A stretch of 64,000 nucleotides of DNA from Patescibacteria group bacterium (GCA_049322655.1 JBMORP010000006.1:192410-256409), one strand, 5' to 3'. Positions 36,509 through 46,849 are shown, counted from the stretch's first letter. Numbers and translations: made by a program. Notes: a model not told the origin generated them from the sequence alone.

Positions 36509-37024
36509 ATGAAAAATATGGCGGAATTTTTTCAAAAATTTATAACAAATTTAGAAAAATTCTTTGCTCCTTTTCCTCACTTCCCAACCAATTTTTTAAA
36601 AACCTTGTTACCAATTATTCCTTGGTATTTGTTTTTGCGAGGGTTAATTGAAATTATTGGCGGCCTAAGATCACTCTCAGCTAGTTTTCAGCTTGGGGCT
36701 TTACCAAAAGTTTTTGCCGAATTTATAGAGTTTAAACCTGCTCTTCTCTTTTGGAATGGATTAACCATGCTCATCATTGGTTTTCTCTATTTTACTGCTT
36801 TTACTCAGTTAGCTCATAAAAAAACTCAACTATTAGGTTGGCAGAACTGGTTACTAGCTACTATTATTTCTACTATCAGTCGGATTTACTTGATTATTTT
36901 TAACCATGACTCCATCTTTTTAACTTTAGTTGTAACTTTTATTGGCTGGTTTTTCATTTTTGAACTCAAAAAACTTTATACACCACCAAAAACTAAAAAA
37001 AATACTTCACAGCCTAAAGATTGA
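36509..37024 (+). CDS. Hypothetical membrane protein
   Basis: 4 predicted TM helices; TTTATAAT -10-like element upstream. Confidence 0.35.
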   Translation: MKNMAEFFQKFITNLEKFFAPFPHFPTNFLKTLLPIIPWYLFLRGLIEIIGGLRSLSASFQLGALPKVFAEFIEFKPALLFWNGLTMLIIGFLYFTAFTQLAHKKTQLLGWQNWLLATIISTISRIYLIIFNHDSIFLTLVVTFIGWFFIFELKKLYTPPKTKKNTSQPKD

Positions 37025-37093
37025 CAAGCTACTTCCTATAGCGGTATAAATGTATGACAAAGGTATGATCTAAAATCGAGGAGTAATTTTTAT

Positions 37094-38353
37094 ATGAATC
37101 TTAGAAAAGTTAATGCCACCGCAGTTAAAAATAAAAAAGTTCTCCTCAAAGTTGATTACAATACTCCCACCAAAACCAACCGTGATAAACAAGTGGTGAT
37201 GGACGACACTCGGATTAAAATTACTCTACCTACTTTAAAGTTTTTGATTGAACAAAAAGCCAAAATTATTCTTACTTCTCATTTTGGTAGACCAGGAGGA
37301 AAAGTTGTTGAAGCTCTTAAAATGGATCCAATTGCTCAACATCTAGAAAAATTAATTGGTAAAAAAGTTAATAAAATCGCTGTCTCTGTTGGTAAAGAGG
37401 CTGAACAAGCCGTAGCTGAAATGCAACCAGGGGACATTTTAATGTTAGAAAATAGCAGATTCAACCCTGGAGAAAAAAAGAATGATCCAGGTTTTGCCAA
37501 AGAACTAGCCTCTTTGGCAGATGTGTTTGTTAATGATGCTTTCTCTGCTTCTCACAGAGCTCACGCTTCAGTGGTGGGAGTAACTAAATATCTACCTGCC
37601 TATGCAGGTTTTGCTCTTTACGAAGAAGTTGAGATGTTATCCAGTTTGAGTAAAAAACCAAAACGACCTTTTGTCGCTATTGTTGGTGGAGCCAAAATCT
37701 CAGATAAGGTCGAAGCCATAAAAAATCTCAGTCAAATTGCAGATGTGGTTTTGGTTGGAGGAGGGGTGGCTAATAACTTTATCAAGGCTGAGGGGATTGA
37801 AGTTTTTCACTCTTATCTAGAAGATAAACCAGCCGATACTAAAAAAGAAAATATCTCCTTTGTTGCTGTAGCCGAAGAACTAATGGAAAGCACCAAAACT
37901 CAAAAGATGATGCTTCATGGCTACATTCCTTTACCGAAAATTATTTATCCAGCTGATGTTGTTGCGGCTGATGACATTGACAATCCTAAAAGTAAAAAAG
38001 TAATTGATCTCACTAACTTCGAAGATGAAAGAAAAAAGAGTTGGATGTATTTAGATATCGGCCCCAAAACCCAACGCTTATTCCGAGATATTATTCTCGA
38101 GGCTCAAACCATCTTCTGGAACGGACCGATGGGCGTATTCGAGCAACCAGACTTTGAAGAAGGCACCAAATCCATAGCCACCGCCATTGCCAAAAGCAGT
38201 GCTGAAACAATTCTGGGTGGTGGTGACACTATTAATGCTATCCATCATCTTGGTTTAGAAGATCGCTATGACTACTTATCTGCAGCTGGTGGAGCTTCAT
38301 TAGAATTTTTGGGTAAAAAAACTTTGCCCGGACTGGAACCGCTGGCTAACTAA
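37094..38353 (+). CDS. pgk: Phosphoglycerate kinase
   Basis: Classic PGK N- and C-domain motifs (RVDYNTP-like LKVDYNTP, GGGDT...); GAGGAG RBS. Confidence 0.9.
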   Translation: MNLRKVNATAVKNKKVLLKVDYNTPTKTNRDKQVVMDDTRIKITLPTLKFLIEQKAKIILTSHFGRPGGKVVEALKMDPIAQHLEKLIGKKVNKIAVSVGKEAEQAVAEMQPGDILMLENSRFNPGEKKNDPGFAKELASLADVFVNDAFSASHRAHASVVGVTKYLPAYAGFALYEEVEMLSSLSKKPKRPFVAIVGGAKISDKVEAIKNLSQIADVVLVGGGVANNFIKAEGIEVFHSYLEDKPADTKKENISFVAVAEELMESTKTQKMMLHGYIPLPKIIYPADVVAADDIDNPKSKKVIDLTNFEDERKKSWMYLDIGPKTQRLFRDIILEAQTIFWNGPMGVFEQPDFEEGTKSIATAIAKSSAETILGGGDTINAIHHLGLEDRYDYLSAAGGASLEFLGKKTLPGLEPLAN

Positions 38354-38356
38354 CTT

Positions 38357-39184
38357 ATGAGAACTAAAACTAGACTGACCATCACTCTGTCGGAAAACAT
38401 TCTTGAAGCAATTGATGCCACTATTAATGGTATTAATATTAGAAACAGGTCACATGCTATTGAAACTTTGGTCAAAAAATCACTCTCTCCTACGGTGCAA
38501 ACAGCAATTGTTCTAGCTGGAGGCAACAATCATCATGATAACCACCCGACTCTAACCAAAATCGGTAAGGGCTATTTACTAACTCATATTATTAATAATC
38601 TTAAAAATAACCAGATCAGCAATATCATTATTTGCATTCATAAAACCGATACTGAGATCATGAGAATCTTTGGCAAAGGAGAAAATTATGGAGTTAAGAT
38701 TGAATATTTAGTCGAAGAATATCCACTAGGAACTGGAGGTGCAGTTAAGAAGGCCAAGGAGTTAATTAAAAACTCACCCTTCTTAGTTGTTCATGGTGAT
38801 ACTTTGTCTAATATTGATCTTTCCAGTTTATTTGCCTTTCATTTTGCTGAAAAATCATTGGCAACAATTGCTGTTAAACCAAGGCTCGGTGAACCAAAAT
38901 ATGGTCAAGTTTTTATCCAAGGCAATAAAATCACTAAATTTTTAACCACCAGTGACAACACTGGGATTAGTATTATTAATACTGGTTTTTATGTTTTTGA
39001 TCCCAAGATTTTTGAGTTTTTCCCAGTTAAAGAAGTCTTTACTTTGGAGAAAGATGTTTTCCCAAAACTAGCTCAACACAATCAACTCACTGCCTCAATC
39101 TTTCAGGGTTTGTGGTTTGATATTACTGATAAGGACAATCTCAAATTAGCTAAAGAAAAATGGTCAGAAATACAAACTAACTAA
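38357..39184 (+). CDS. Ribbon-helix-helix (CopG/Arc-like) domain fused to sugar-phosphate nucleotidyltransferase-like domain with degenerate G-x-G-T-R loop
   Basis: N-terminal RTKTRLTITLSENILEAIDATI...NRSHAIETLVKKSL (beta-alpha-alpha); then LAGGNNHHDNHP (in place of LAGGxGTRL), EYPLGTGGAV, VVHGDTL, GLWFDITDKDNL. Confidence 0.6.
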   Translation: MRTKTRLTITLSENILEAIDATINGINIRNRSHAIETLVKKSLSPTVQTAIVLAGGNNHHDNHPTLTKIGKGYLLTHIINNLKNNQISNIIICIHKTDTEIMRIFGKGENYGVKIEYLVEEYPLGTGGAVKKAKELIKNSPFLVVHGDTLSNIDLSSLFAFHFAEKSLATIAVKPRLGEPKYGQVFIQGNKITKFLTTSDNTGISIINTGFYVFDPKIFEFFPVKEVFTLEKDVFPKLAQHNQLTASIFQGLWFDITDKDNLKLAKEKWSEIQTN

Positions 39185-39197
39185 AGGAACTTTCCTT

Positions 39198-40160
39198 ATG
39201 GAACAAACCCTCGCTTTGTCTCTTTCTCATGCCACCGAAGTAGGAGCTATTGCCGCAGCTAAAGCTGCTGGCTATGGTGACAAAAACGGGGCTGATGATG
39301 CGGCAGTCAAAGCTATCCGTAGTTTTTTAAATGAAGTTGAGTTTTCTGGTCGAGTGGTAATCGGCGAAGGAGAGCGTGACGAAGCCCCAATGCTTTTCAT
39401 TGGTGAAAAACTTGGCTCTGGAAACGGCAAAGAAGTGGATATCGCCGTCGATCCTCTAGAAAACACCAATGCTACTGCTAACTTAGGACCAAGAGCTATC
39501 TCTGTTTTGGCTGCTAGTGAAAAAGGTGGTTTATTCCACGCTCCAGATATGTACATGGAAAAGCTAGTGGTTCCACCAGAAGCTGCTGGTAAAGTGAGCC
39601 TTGATGATCCAGTCAAAAAAACCTTAAAAACCCTTGCCAAAGTTTTGAACCGAGATATTGACGATCTCACCATTACTGTTTTAGATCGAGATCGACATGA
39701 AGAACTAATTGCTGATATTAGAGAAACAGGAGCTAGAGTCAAACTAATTCCTGATGGAGATTTGTTCCCAGGTATTGCTGCTTGTATGAGAGGCACCGGC
39801 ATTCATGCGGTCATGGGGATTGGAGCAGCTCCAGAAGGGGTAATGACTGCTGCTGCCCTACGTTGTATTAAAGGTGAAATGCAAGCTCGTTTCTGGCCCA
39901 AAAATAAAGAGGAAGAAACTAGATTAAAAAAGATGGGCGGCCAACTTAACAGAATTTATACTCACGAAGACCTGGCTAGCGGCAAAAACATTGTTTTTTG
40001 TGCTACAGGAGTAACTAATGGTGATATCCTGAAAGGAGTAAGGTTCTTTGGTGATGGAGCTAGAACTCATAGCTTAGTCATGACCAATCAAAGTAATAAA
40101 ATTCGCTTCATTGATACCACTCATGTCTTTGACAAAGAAACAATTGAATATCGTATTTAA
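39198..40160 (+). CDS. glpX: Fructose-1,6-bisphosphatase class II (GlpX)
   Basis: GlpX N-terminal signature ...ATEVGAIAAAKAAGYGDKNGADDAAV...DIAVDPLENT. Confidence 0.85.
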   Translation: MEQTLALSLSHATEVGAIAAAKAAGYGDKNGADDAAVKAIRSFLNEVEFSGRVVIGEGERDEAPMLFIGEKLGSGNGKEVDIAVDPLENTNATANLGPRAISVLAASEKGGLFHAPDMYMEKLVVPPEAAGKVSLDDPVKKTLKTLAKVLNRDIDDLTITVLDRDRHEELIADIRETGARVKLIPDGDLFPGIAACMRGTGIHAVMGIGAAPEGVMTAAALRCIKGEMQARFWPKNKEEETRLKKMGGQLNRIYTHEDLASGKNIVFCATGVTNGDILKGVRFFGDGARTHSLVMTNQSNKIRFIDTTHVFDKETIEYRI

Positions 40161-40175
40161 AATAAAAGGAGCTTT

Positions 40176-41495
40176 ATGCAAAACATTGACCAACTAGTTT
40201 ACCAAGCAGTTTTTGGGAAAGATAAAGAGCAACAAACTGCCAGATTTGAAATCTGGCAAGCAGGCATTAAAGCTGGAGTCATTCCTAGCTCGATTAATGA
40301 TCTTTATTTAGCCAGAGGTCATAAAGAACTACCTAATAACTTTACTGTCCCAGCCATGAACTTGCGTGGGATGACTTATGATACAGCTAGGGCTACTTTT
40401 TCAGCTGCACTTAAAAACCAAGTTGGAGCAATGATTTTTGAAATTGCCAGATCTGAAATGGGCTACACTGATCAATCACCTCAAGAATATGTCACAGTCA
40501 TTACTGCTGCTGCACTGAGGGAAGGTTGGTCTGGAACATTATTTATTCAGGGTGATCACTTCCAAGCTAAAGCTACTGAGCCAGGTAAACCCAAAACTGG
40601 AGAAATTGAAAAAATTAAAAACTTGATTAATGAAGCGATCGCTGCTGGTTTTTACAACATTGATATTGATATGTCGACCCTGGTTGATTTAGCCAAACTA
40701 ACCGAAGCAGAGGAACAAATCCCCAATTATCAATTTTCACTAGAACTAGCTGAATACATCAGATCAGTAGAACCACAGGGCATCACTATTTCCCTTGGAG
40801 GAGAAATTGGTCATATTGGAGGAAAGAACAGCACCATAGCTGATTTTGAAGCCTATATGAATGGTTTTAATCAGGGCTTAACTAAAGATATGGTTGGTAT
40901 CAGTAAAATTAGTGTGCAAACTGGCACTAGCCATGGTGGAGTGGTCTTAGCTGATGGTTCATTGGCAGATTTAGATGTGGACTTTTCAATTTTAAAAAAC
41001 ATTACTGAAGTTGGTCAGGAAAAATACCAAATTGGCGGTTCAGTTCAACATGGGGCTTCTACTCTACCAGATAAATATTTTAACCAATTCACTTTGAATA
41101 AAGCTTTAGAAGTTCATTTGGCCACTGGTTTTCAAAATATGATTATGGATCACCCGGCTTTCCCTCAAGATTTATTACTGGCTATGTATCAATATGCCGA
41201 TGAAAACTTGAGTGACGAACGAAAAAATGATCAAACAGCTGAACAATTTCACTACCAACTACGTAAAAAAGCCTGGGGACCATTTAAACAACAAACTTGG
41301 GATATTCCTGAGGGAAACAAACAAAAAATTAGAGCTACTCTAGAAAAAAAATTTGAGTTTTTCTTCAAAGAACTTAATGTCATTAATTCCAAGAAGATGG
41401 TCGAACAGTTCATCAAACCAGTAATAGTAGAAAAAACTCTTGCCGATTTTGTCATTGGTAAAAAACATCAAGATGTCAAAGGCTTAAGCGACTAA
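40176..41495 (+). CDS. Class II aldolase family protein, long form (fructose-bisphosphate aldolase candidate)
   Basis: FIQGDHF, LGGEIGHIGG, VQHGAST regions typical of class II FBA-like metal-binding sites; 439 aa. Confidence 0.55.
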   Translation: MQNIDQLVYQAVFGKDKEQQTARFEIWQAGIKAGVIPSSINDLYLARGHKELPNNFTVPAMNLRGMTYDTARATFSAALKNQVGAMIFEIARSEMGYTDQSPQEYVTVITAAALREGWSGTLFIQGDHFQAKATEPGKPKTGEIEKIKNLINEAIAAGFYNIDIDMSTLVDLAKLTEAEEQIPNYQFSLELAEYIRSVEPQGITISLGGEIGHIGGKNSTIADFEAYMNGFNQGLTKDMVGISKISVQTGTSHGGVVLADGSLADLDVDFSILKNITEVGQEKYQIGGSVQHGASTLPDKYFNQFTLNKALEVHLATGFQNMIMDHPAFPQDLLLAMYQYADENLSDERKNDQTAEQFHYQLRKKAWGPFKQQTWDIPEGNKQKIRATLEKKFEFFFKELNVINSKKMVEQFIKPVIVEKTLADFVIGKKHQDVKGLSD

Positions 41496-41543
41496 GAACC
41501 TATACGAAATCTCTCTTTGATAATGATAAATCTTGGATAGACT

Positions 41544-42122
41544 CTAAGCCTTTAACCAAGCTAAAAAATTTTTAAAAGCTTCTTTGCGATGACTAAATCG
41601 TTGTTTGATAGTCTCGTCAAGTTCTCCAAAGGTTGCTGTATAACCAACCGGAATAAAAACTGGGTCATAACCAAAACCATGACTGCCTCTAATCTCATGA
41701 GCAATCACTCCTTTAACTTCACCTCTAAAAAAATCTGTTTGACCAGTTTTAGGATTAAAGACACAAAGAGTAGCTACATAACGAGCCGCTCGATTAGTTT
41801 CTCCTTCCAGTTTTTTCAATAAAGCTAAATTACGATCGGTATCTGTCCCCATTACCCAACGAGCAGAATAAATACCAGGTTTTTGATTTAAGCTCTCGAC
41901 TTCTAAACCTGAGTCTTCAGCCACCGTGATCAAACCGGTTTTTTCAGCAAAAGCTTTAGCCTTAATTTCAGCATTTTCGCTAAAACTTTTACCAGTTTCT
42001 GCCGGCTCAAAATTTTTTAGAGCTGAAAAATCATTCACCGTCAACCAAGCTATTTGGGGTGCTATCTCCAAAACTTCTTTAATTTTGTGTTGGTTACCGG
42101 TAGCCAAAAAAAATTGTTCCAT
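41544..42122 (-). CDS. rdgB: Non-canonical purine NTP pyrophosphatase (RdgB/Ham1)
   Basis: LATGNQHK N-terminal motif, FGYDPVF. Confidence 0.85.
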   Translation of the reverse strand: MEQFFLATGNQHKIKEVLEIAPQIAWLTVNDFSALKNFEPAETGKSFSENAEIKAKAFAEKTGLITVAEDSGLEVESLNQKPGIYSARWVMGTDTDRNLALLKKLEGETNRAARYVATLCVFNPKTGQTDFFRGEVKGVIAHEIRGSHGFGYDPVFIPVGYTATFGELDETIKQRFSHRKEAFKNFLAWLKA

Positions 42123-42134
42123 AAATACCTCTAA

Positions 42135-42162
42135 AAAAAGGCTCCCATCAAGGAGCCTTTTT
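42135..42162 (-). terminator. Intrinsic terminator between ybaB and rdgB
   Basis: AAAAAGGCTCC-CATCA-AGGAGCCTTTTT. Confidence 0.6.
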
Positions 42163-42181
42163 AAATTAACAAATATAAATT

Positions 42182-42463
42182 CTAGTTACCACCCATCATG
42201 CCACCAAGACCGCCAGTCATGGCCTGAAGTTTTTTAGCAGCGATTTCCTGAGATTTTTTGATTGCTTTATTCAATACTTCCACGGCCTCATCACTACTGA
42301 TACCTTGAACTGAAAATTGCTTAATTTTTTGATCACCAGAAATTACTACCACAATATCACCTTCCTCGACACGAATTTCTTCAGCTGAGAGTTCTTGTTG
42401 CATTTTTTTGGCTTGTTGACGAAGCTTGTTTAAGTCTCCTAAAGCTTTAAATGGATTTGCCAT
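42182..42463 (-). CDS. ybaB: Nucleoid-associated protein YbaB/EbfC
   Basis: 93 aa, typical YbaB sequence and position after dnaX. Confidence 0.85.
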   Translation of the reverse strand: MANPFKALGDLNKLRQQAKKMQQELSAEEIRVEEGDIVVVISGDQKIKQFSVQGISSDEAVEVLNKAIKKSQEIAAKKLQAMTGGLGGMMGGN

Positions 42464-42512
42464 AAAATTATTTCCCTTCCTGATAATAAACTGATTGTAC
42501 TATAACTCTCCA

Positions 42513-44111
42513 CTACATCAAAGCTTCTTCTGCCAATTGAGCTAACTGGGGAGGAGGGTTATCAACCTCAACCAAAGTGGCCTCTTGAGGAATTTCATGT
42601 AAAGATACGTGCAATGGCAAAATACTACCAACTAAATCTTTAGTACACTCTTGAAGAATGTTCATGTACTTTTGTTGTTGCAGTTGTTCTTGATGAAATT
42701 TATAAAAAACAGCCACTTCGGGGATACCAGTATCACCAATCGAAGGTTTACTAGATCTTAGTAAGGCTGCCACCGTAGCATTTTTATGTTGAACAATTTT
42801 TAAAAATTGGTCCCACTGCTCTAGTAAATTTTTCCCTAAATCATGAACTTCTTCTGTTAAATAAAACTTCTCTTCTTCACTAGCATTTTCTTGGTCAACT
42901 TCATTAAAGTTTTCTTGCTTTTGACCACTGACTACCACTTCAGTTGTCATTATTTCTGATTTTACTTGATGATTATCAACTTTGGTAACTATCGGTTTTT
43001 TAATTTTTTTTTTGCTAGGAGGAGTTGCACCATTTTTTTGTTTGGCTCGTTCGACCAAAGATAGTAGTTTTATTTCCAAACTTAAAAAATTAATAGGCGA
43101 AAAAGCATCCAAGTTAGCTTTCAAAAGTTCATCTAAGAAAAATCGAGCAATTTTTTGTTTAAATAAAGCCTGACCAGGCTTAATACCCAAATCCTGAAGC
43201 AACGAACGATGTAATAGAGAAAACAACACTTGATAAACATATTTTTCAGCAAACTTCTGTTGACGCAAATCTGCAATTAACTGACTAACTTGAGTTTCAT
43301 CTTTATCTAAAACAGCCTGAACTAACTCAATTAAGAGTGGTTCAACATTCTTCCCCAAGATTTTTTCTACTGAAGCCAAAGTTATTTGCTCATCCTCCAC
43401 CACTGATTCCAGTAACTTCACTCCATCACGAAAGCTACCATCGGCTCGTTGCACGATCAATTTGAGAACTTCTTCGTCTGCCCTAACCTTTTCCTTGGCC
43501 AAAACTGATTGCAAAGCAGCTAACAACTCCTCATCAGTAGCCTGTCGAAAAGCTAAGTGAAAACTTCTGGAAGTAATCGTTTCAGGAATTTTATGAAACT
43601 CAGTAGTAGCCAAAATAAACAAGGCATGAACAGGAGGCTCTTCTAGTAACTTTAATAAAGCATTAAAAGCCTCGGTAGTAAGCATATGAGCTTCATCCAA
43701 AATATAAACGGTAATTTTACCCTCTTGAGGAGGAAGCATAGCTCTTTCTTTAAGAGCTCTAATGTCATCAATTCCTCGATGTGAAGCAGCATCCATCTCT
43801 TGAACAACAAAAGATGAACCAGCATAAACTAGTTGAGCAAATTTGGAGTCTATGTCAGGATCTTTGAGCGTTACTTTTTTTGAGGAGTCTTTTTTAAAGA
43901 ATAAACTTTCAACTGCTTGATCATTTTTGGGATCATTCAGCATTGCTCCTAAAATTCTTGAAGCAGAAGTTTTACCCGTTCCTTTGGGACCAGCAAACAA
44001 AAAAACCTGAGGAAAACTAGTTGTTTGCATTAAACTGGTCAAAGCTTCCCTAACATTTGTTAAGTGAAGTTCACTGATTAGTTTTGGTCTATGTTTTCTA
44101 TGCCAAGCCAT
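42513..44111 (-). CDS. dnaX: DNA polymerase III subunit gamma/tau
   Basis: Walker A GPKGTGKTS, sensor motifs, clamp-loader architecture. Confidence 0.85.
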   Translation of the reverse strand: MAWHRKHRPKLISELHLTNVREALTSLMQTTSFPQVFLFAGPKGTGKTSASRILGAMLNDPKNDQAVESLFFKKDSSKKVTLKDPDIDSKFAQLVYAGSSFVVQEMDAASHRGIDDIRALKERAMLPPQEGKITVYILDEAHMLTTEAFNALLKLLEEPPVHALFILATTEFHKIPETITSRSFHLAFRQATDEELLAALQSVLAKEKVRADEEVLKLIVQRADGSFRDGVKLLESVVEDEQITLASVEKILGKNVEPLLIELVQAVLDKDETQVSQLIADLRQQKFAEKYVYQVLFSLLHRSLLQDLGIKPGQALFKQKIARFFLDELLKANLDAFSPINFLSLEIKLLSLVERAKQKNGATPPSKKKIKKPIVTKVDNHQVKSEIMTTEVVVSGQKQENFNEVDQENASEEEKFYLTEEVHDLGKNLLEQWDQFLKIVQHKNATVAALLRSSKPSIGDTGIPEVAVFYKFHQEQLQQQKYMNILQECTKDLVGSILPLHVSLHEIPQEATLVEVDNPPPQLAQLAEEALM

Positions 44112-44117
44112 AATTAA

Positions 44118-44507
44118 TTAATCGTGATGATACCCTAACAGATGCATAAGTCCATGTTCAAGATAAAAACAAATCTGGTCATCAACTCTTTTCCCAAATT
44201 TTTTAGCCATCTTGACTGACTCCGGAAAACTAATCACTACATCTCCCAAATGGGGAGGAACCTCTACTGGTAGAGGAATTTCCGTTAGTTGCTTTTTATC
44301 ATGATGAGGAAAAGATAATACATCTGTTGGACCGTCATGTTGTAACATTGTTTCGTTTAAAGTTTGAATCTTCCTGGCTCCAACCACTGACACGTCTACT
44401 TGAGCGTGATCAATACCATGTTTAGCCAACACTTGATCAACTGCTTGTCTCAATTTCTTTCGTGACACAGGGTAACGAGAACCAATATAAAAATTAACTA
44501 TAATCAT
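44118..44507 (-). CDS. ybeY: Endoribonuclease YbeY
   Basis: H-x-x-x-H-x-x-G-x-x-H motif HGLMHLLGYHH. Confidence 0.85.
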   Translation of the reverse strand: MIIVNFYIGSRYPVSRKKLRQAVDQVLAKHGIDHAQVDVSVVGARKIQTLNETMLQHDGPTDVLSFPHHDKKQLTEIPLPVEVPPHLGDVVISFPESVKMAKKFGKRVDDQICFYLEHGLMHLLGYHHD

Positions 44508-44528
44508 ACGCTTTAACTATCTTAACAC

Positions 44529-45404
44529 TTAAGAATTGTTTGTTTGACTAGCTGTTATTTGTTGTAAATTATCCCAACTCAAGTTAACTGGTCCCAAAGG
44601 AATTTTATTTTCTGGATCATCCACAAACCACAAAATCACTCTCCCTTTGCTTTTGGGACTCCAGACCTTACCTTCTCTAATTACTTCTGGAGAACCACCA
44701 AATTGTTTCTTGACCCATTGAGCTGGTCCAGCATCACCAACCACACCAACTACAGCGATTTCTTCAGCGGGATTAATCATCACCATTTTTCGATATTTGT
44801 ACCAAGGTTTTAGTTCCTGATAATTACTGTTCCAATCTGGCAAATATAAAGTTTGAACAGCAAAATAATATTTTTCTCGTTGAATAGCTTCTGCTGTTAA
44901 TTGGCCATTCTCAGTAAACCAACCAAAAGCCCCCCTACCTGGAGCCATTCCCGCTTCCAAATAAGCATCATGTTGTGACAAATCATCTCCAGCAAAACGT
45001 TTAAGATGCTGCTCTCCACCCATAATACCAATACTATGATTTAAACGATGTTCATCTAACTCTGCAGTTACTTCAAAACCCAAAATATCAGCTAATTGTT
45101 GTTCCAAGTATAGCTCTTCATCTTTAGCTAAATGTCCTGGCGGTCGGTTCACCATTCCCACCATTTTGGCAAAAATCTCATTGTGTTCTTCTTTAGAAAC
45201 TTCTGCTTTTAATTCATCTTGTTGAGCTGGTTCCTTAGCATAAACTTGAGGAACCTGACCCTGAAGATGAGGTTGGTTAAGAGCAATTTGACCAGCTAAA
45301 GAAATAGCCGCCAGTAACTGCTGGGAAGTGGTTTTAATATTTAGTTTTTTAACTTTAGCCAAAAATTCTTCTTTAGACAGTGGAACAGTTTGGGGAGTAT
45401 TCAT
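44529..45404 (-). CDS. Hypothetical protein
   Basis: ORF only; no Walker motif (not PhoH). Confidence 0.3.
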   Translation of the reverse strand: MNTPQTVPLSKEEFLAKVKKLNIKTTSQQLLAAISLAGQIALNQPHLQGQVPQVYAKEPAQQDELKAEVSKEEHNEIFAKMVGMVNRPPGHLAKDEELYLEQQLADILGFEVTAELDEHRLNHSIGIMGGEQHLKRFAGDDLSQHDAYLEAGMAPGRGAFGWFTENGQLTAEAIQREKYYFAVQTLYLPDWNSNYQELKPWYKYRKMVMINPAEEIAVVGVVGDAGPAQWVKKQFGGSPEVIREGKVWSPKSKGRVILWFVDDPENKIPLGPVNLSWDNLQQITASQTNNS

Positions 45405-45410
45405 AAAAAC

Positions 45411-46847
45411 TTAATTCACTAACTTAATTGCTTTATCTAGTCTAGCTAGAACTGTTGGTTTTTCAATAACCGCCATTGTTTCAAATAATGGTGGTGTTGC
45501 TTTTCTACCAGTCACAGCCAATCTAAGCAACATAAAATATTGACCTCTGTGCCAATCATTTTTTTCTTGCAAAACTCTAATTGCCGACTCAAGATTTCCT
45601 GCTCGCCAATCATCAATTTTGGTTAATTCCTTGATTGTCATTGTCAGTTGTTCGGCCACTAGAGTTGGGGTTGCCTTTTTAAGTAATAATTGTGGATCAG
45701 GTTCTTCATCCTGATAAAAAAACTTAGTTAGCTCATCAATATCAGCCAGAGTCACTAGCCGCTCAAAAACCAACGGTAAAATAGCAGTTAATTTATTTTT
45801 GGGAAAAGCTGCCGGCAAAAAGGGTTGAAGCTTCTCTGCTAGAAGATTCATTGGTAGTTTTCTAATATAGACACCGTTTAACCAATTTAGTTTTTGTAAA
45901 TCAAAAGCCACTGATTTTGGACTAAGATCTTTTGGATCAAAAGCCTCGATATATTCTGCTAAAGTCATAACCTCTTCTTGATCTTCTTTGGCCCAACCTA
46001 AAATCATAAAGAAATTCAACATTGCCTCTGGCAAATAGCCTCGATCTAAAAATGACCTAGCAGAAACAGTCCCTTTTCTCTTGCTCATTTTACCTTTGCC
46101 ATCTGGATTTAGAAAAACTGGAATATGCACAAAAGTGGGTTTTTCCCAACCAAAAGCTTCATAAAGCAAAACATGTTTGGGAGCAGAACTAATCCATTCC
46201 TCACCACGCATAATATGAGAAATATTCATCAAATGATCATCTACCACTACAGCCAAGTGATAAGTTGGATAACCATCTGACTTAAGCAAAACTTGATCAT
46301 CAACTTGATTAGAATTAATGATAATTTCTCCTCTTAATAAATCATTTACCACCACAGGTTTGTCTTCTGGAACTTTCAATCTAATGACACATGATTCTCC
46401 AGCTTCTTTCTTAGCTTGAGCCTCAGCTAAGGTTAAACTTCGACAATGCTTATCATATTTGGGTGGTTGTTTATTAGCTTTTTGTTCTTCACGAACTTTT
46501 TCTAATCTCTCTTTAGTACAAAAACAATAATAAGCCTGACCATTAGCAACTAATTCTTCAGCTTTTCGTTGATAAATTTCAATTCTTTGAGATTGAATAT
46601 AGGGACCAAACTCCCCACCTTTACCCGGGCCCTCATCCCAATCAAGACCATAATCATTAATTACTTGTTGAATTTCTGCTACTGCGCCAGGAACTTCTCT
46701 TTCTTTATCAGTATCTTCAATTCTTAAAATAAACTGGCCTTGGTTCTTTTTAGCCCAAGCATAATTTTTTAATAATGTTGACATCCCTCCCACATGTAAT
46801 TCACCAGTGGGGCTAGGAGCCATTCTTGTTCTAACTACTGTTTTCAT
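45411..46847 (-). CDS. gltX: Glutamyl-tRNA synthetase
   Basis: PSPTGELHVGG (HIGH), KMSKRKG (KMSKS). Confidence 0.9.
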   Translation of the reverse strand: MKTVVRTRMAPSPTGELHVGGMSTLLKNYAWAKKNQGQFILRIEDTDKEREVPGAVAEIQQVINDYGLDWDEGPGKGGEFGPYIQSQRIEIYQRKAEELVANGQAYYCFCTKERLEKVREEQKANKQPPKYDKHCRSLTLAEAQAKKEAGESCVIRLKVPEDKPVVVNDLLRGEIIINSNQVDDQVLLKSDGYPTYHLAVVVDDHLMNISHIMRGEEWISSAPKHVLLYEAFGWEKPTFVHIPVFLNPDGKGKMSKRKGTVSARSFLDRGYLPEAMLNFFMILGWAKEDQEEVMTLAEYIEAFDPKDLSPKSVAFDLQKLNWLNGVYIRKLPMNLLAEKLQPFLPAAFPKNKLTAILPLVFERLVTLADIDELTKFFYQDEEPDPQLLLKKATPTLVAEQLTMTIKELTKIDDWRAGNLESAIRVLQEKNDWHRGQYFMLLRLAVTGRKATPPLFETMAVIEKPTVLARLDKAIKLVN

Positions 46848-46849
46848 AA

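Noticed and set aside
39272-39802. 176-aa antisense ORF inside glpX
   Set aside because: It is fully embedded antisense in a confidently identified gene. Its Ala/Ser/Pro-rich low-complexity translation is typical of antisense reading of GC-richer coding DNA.
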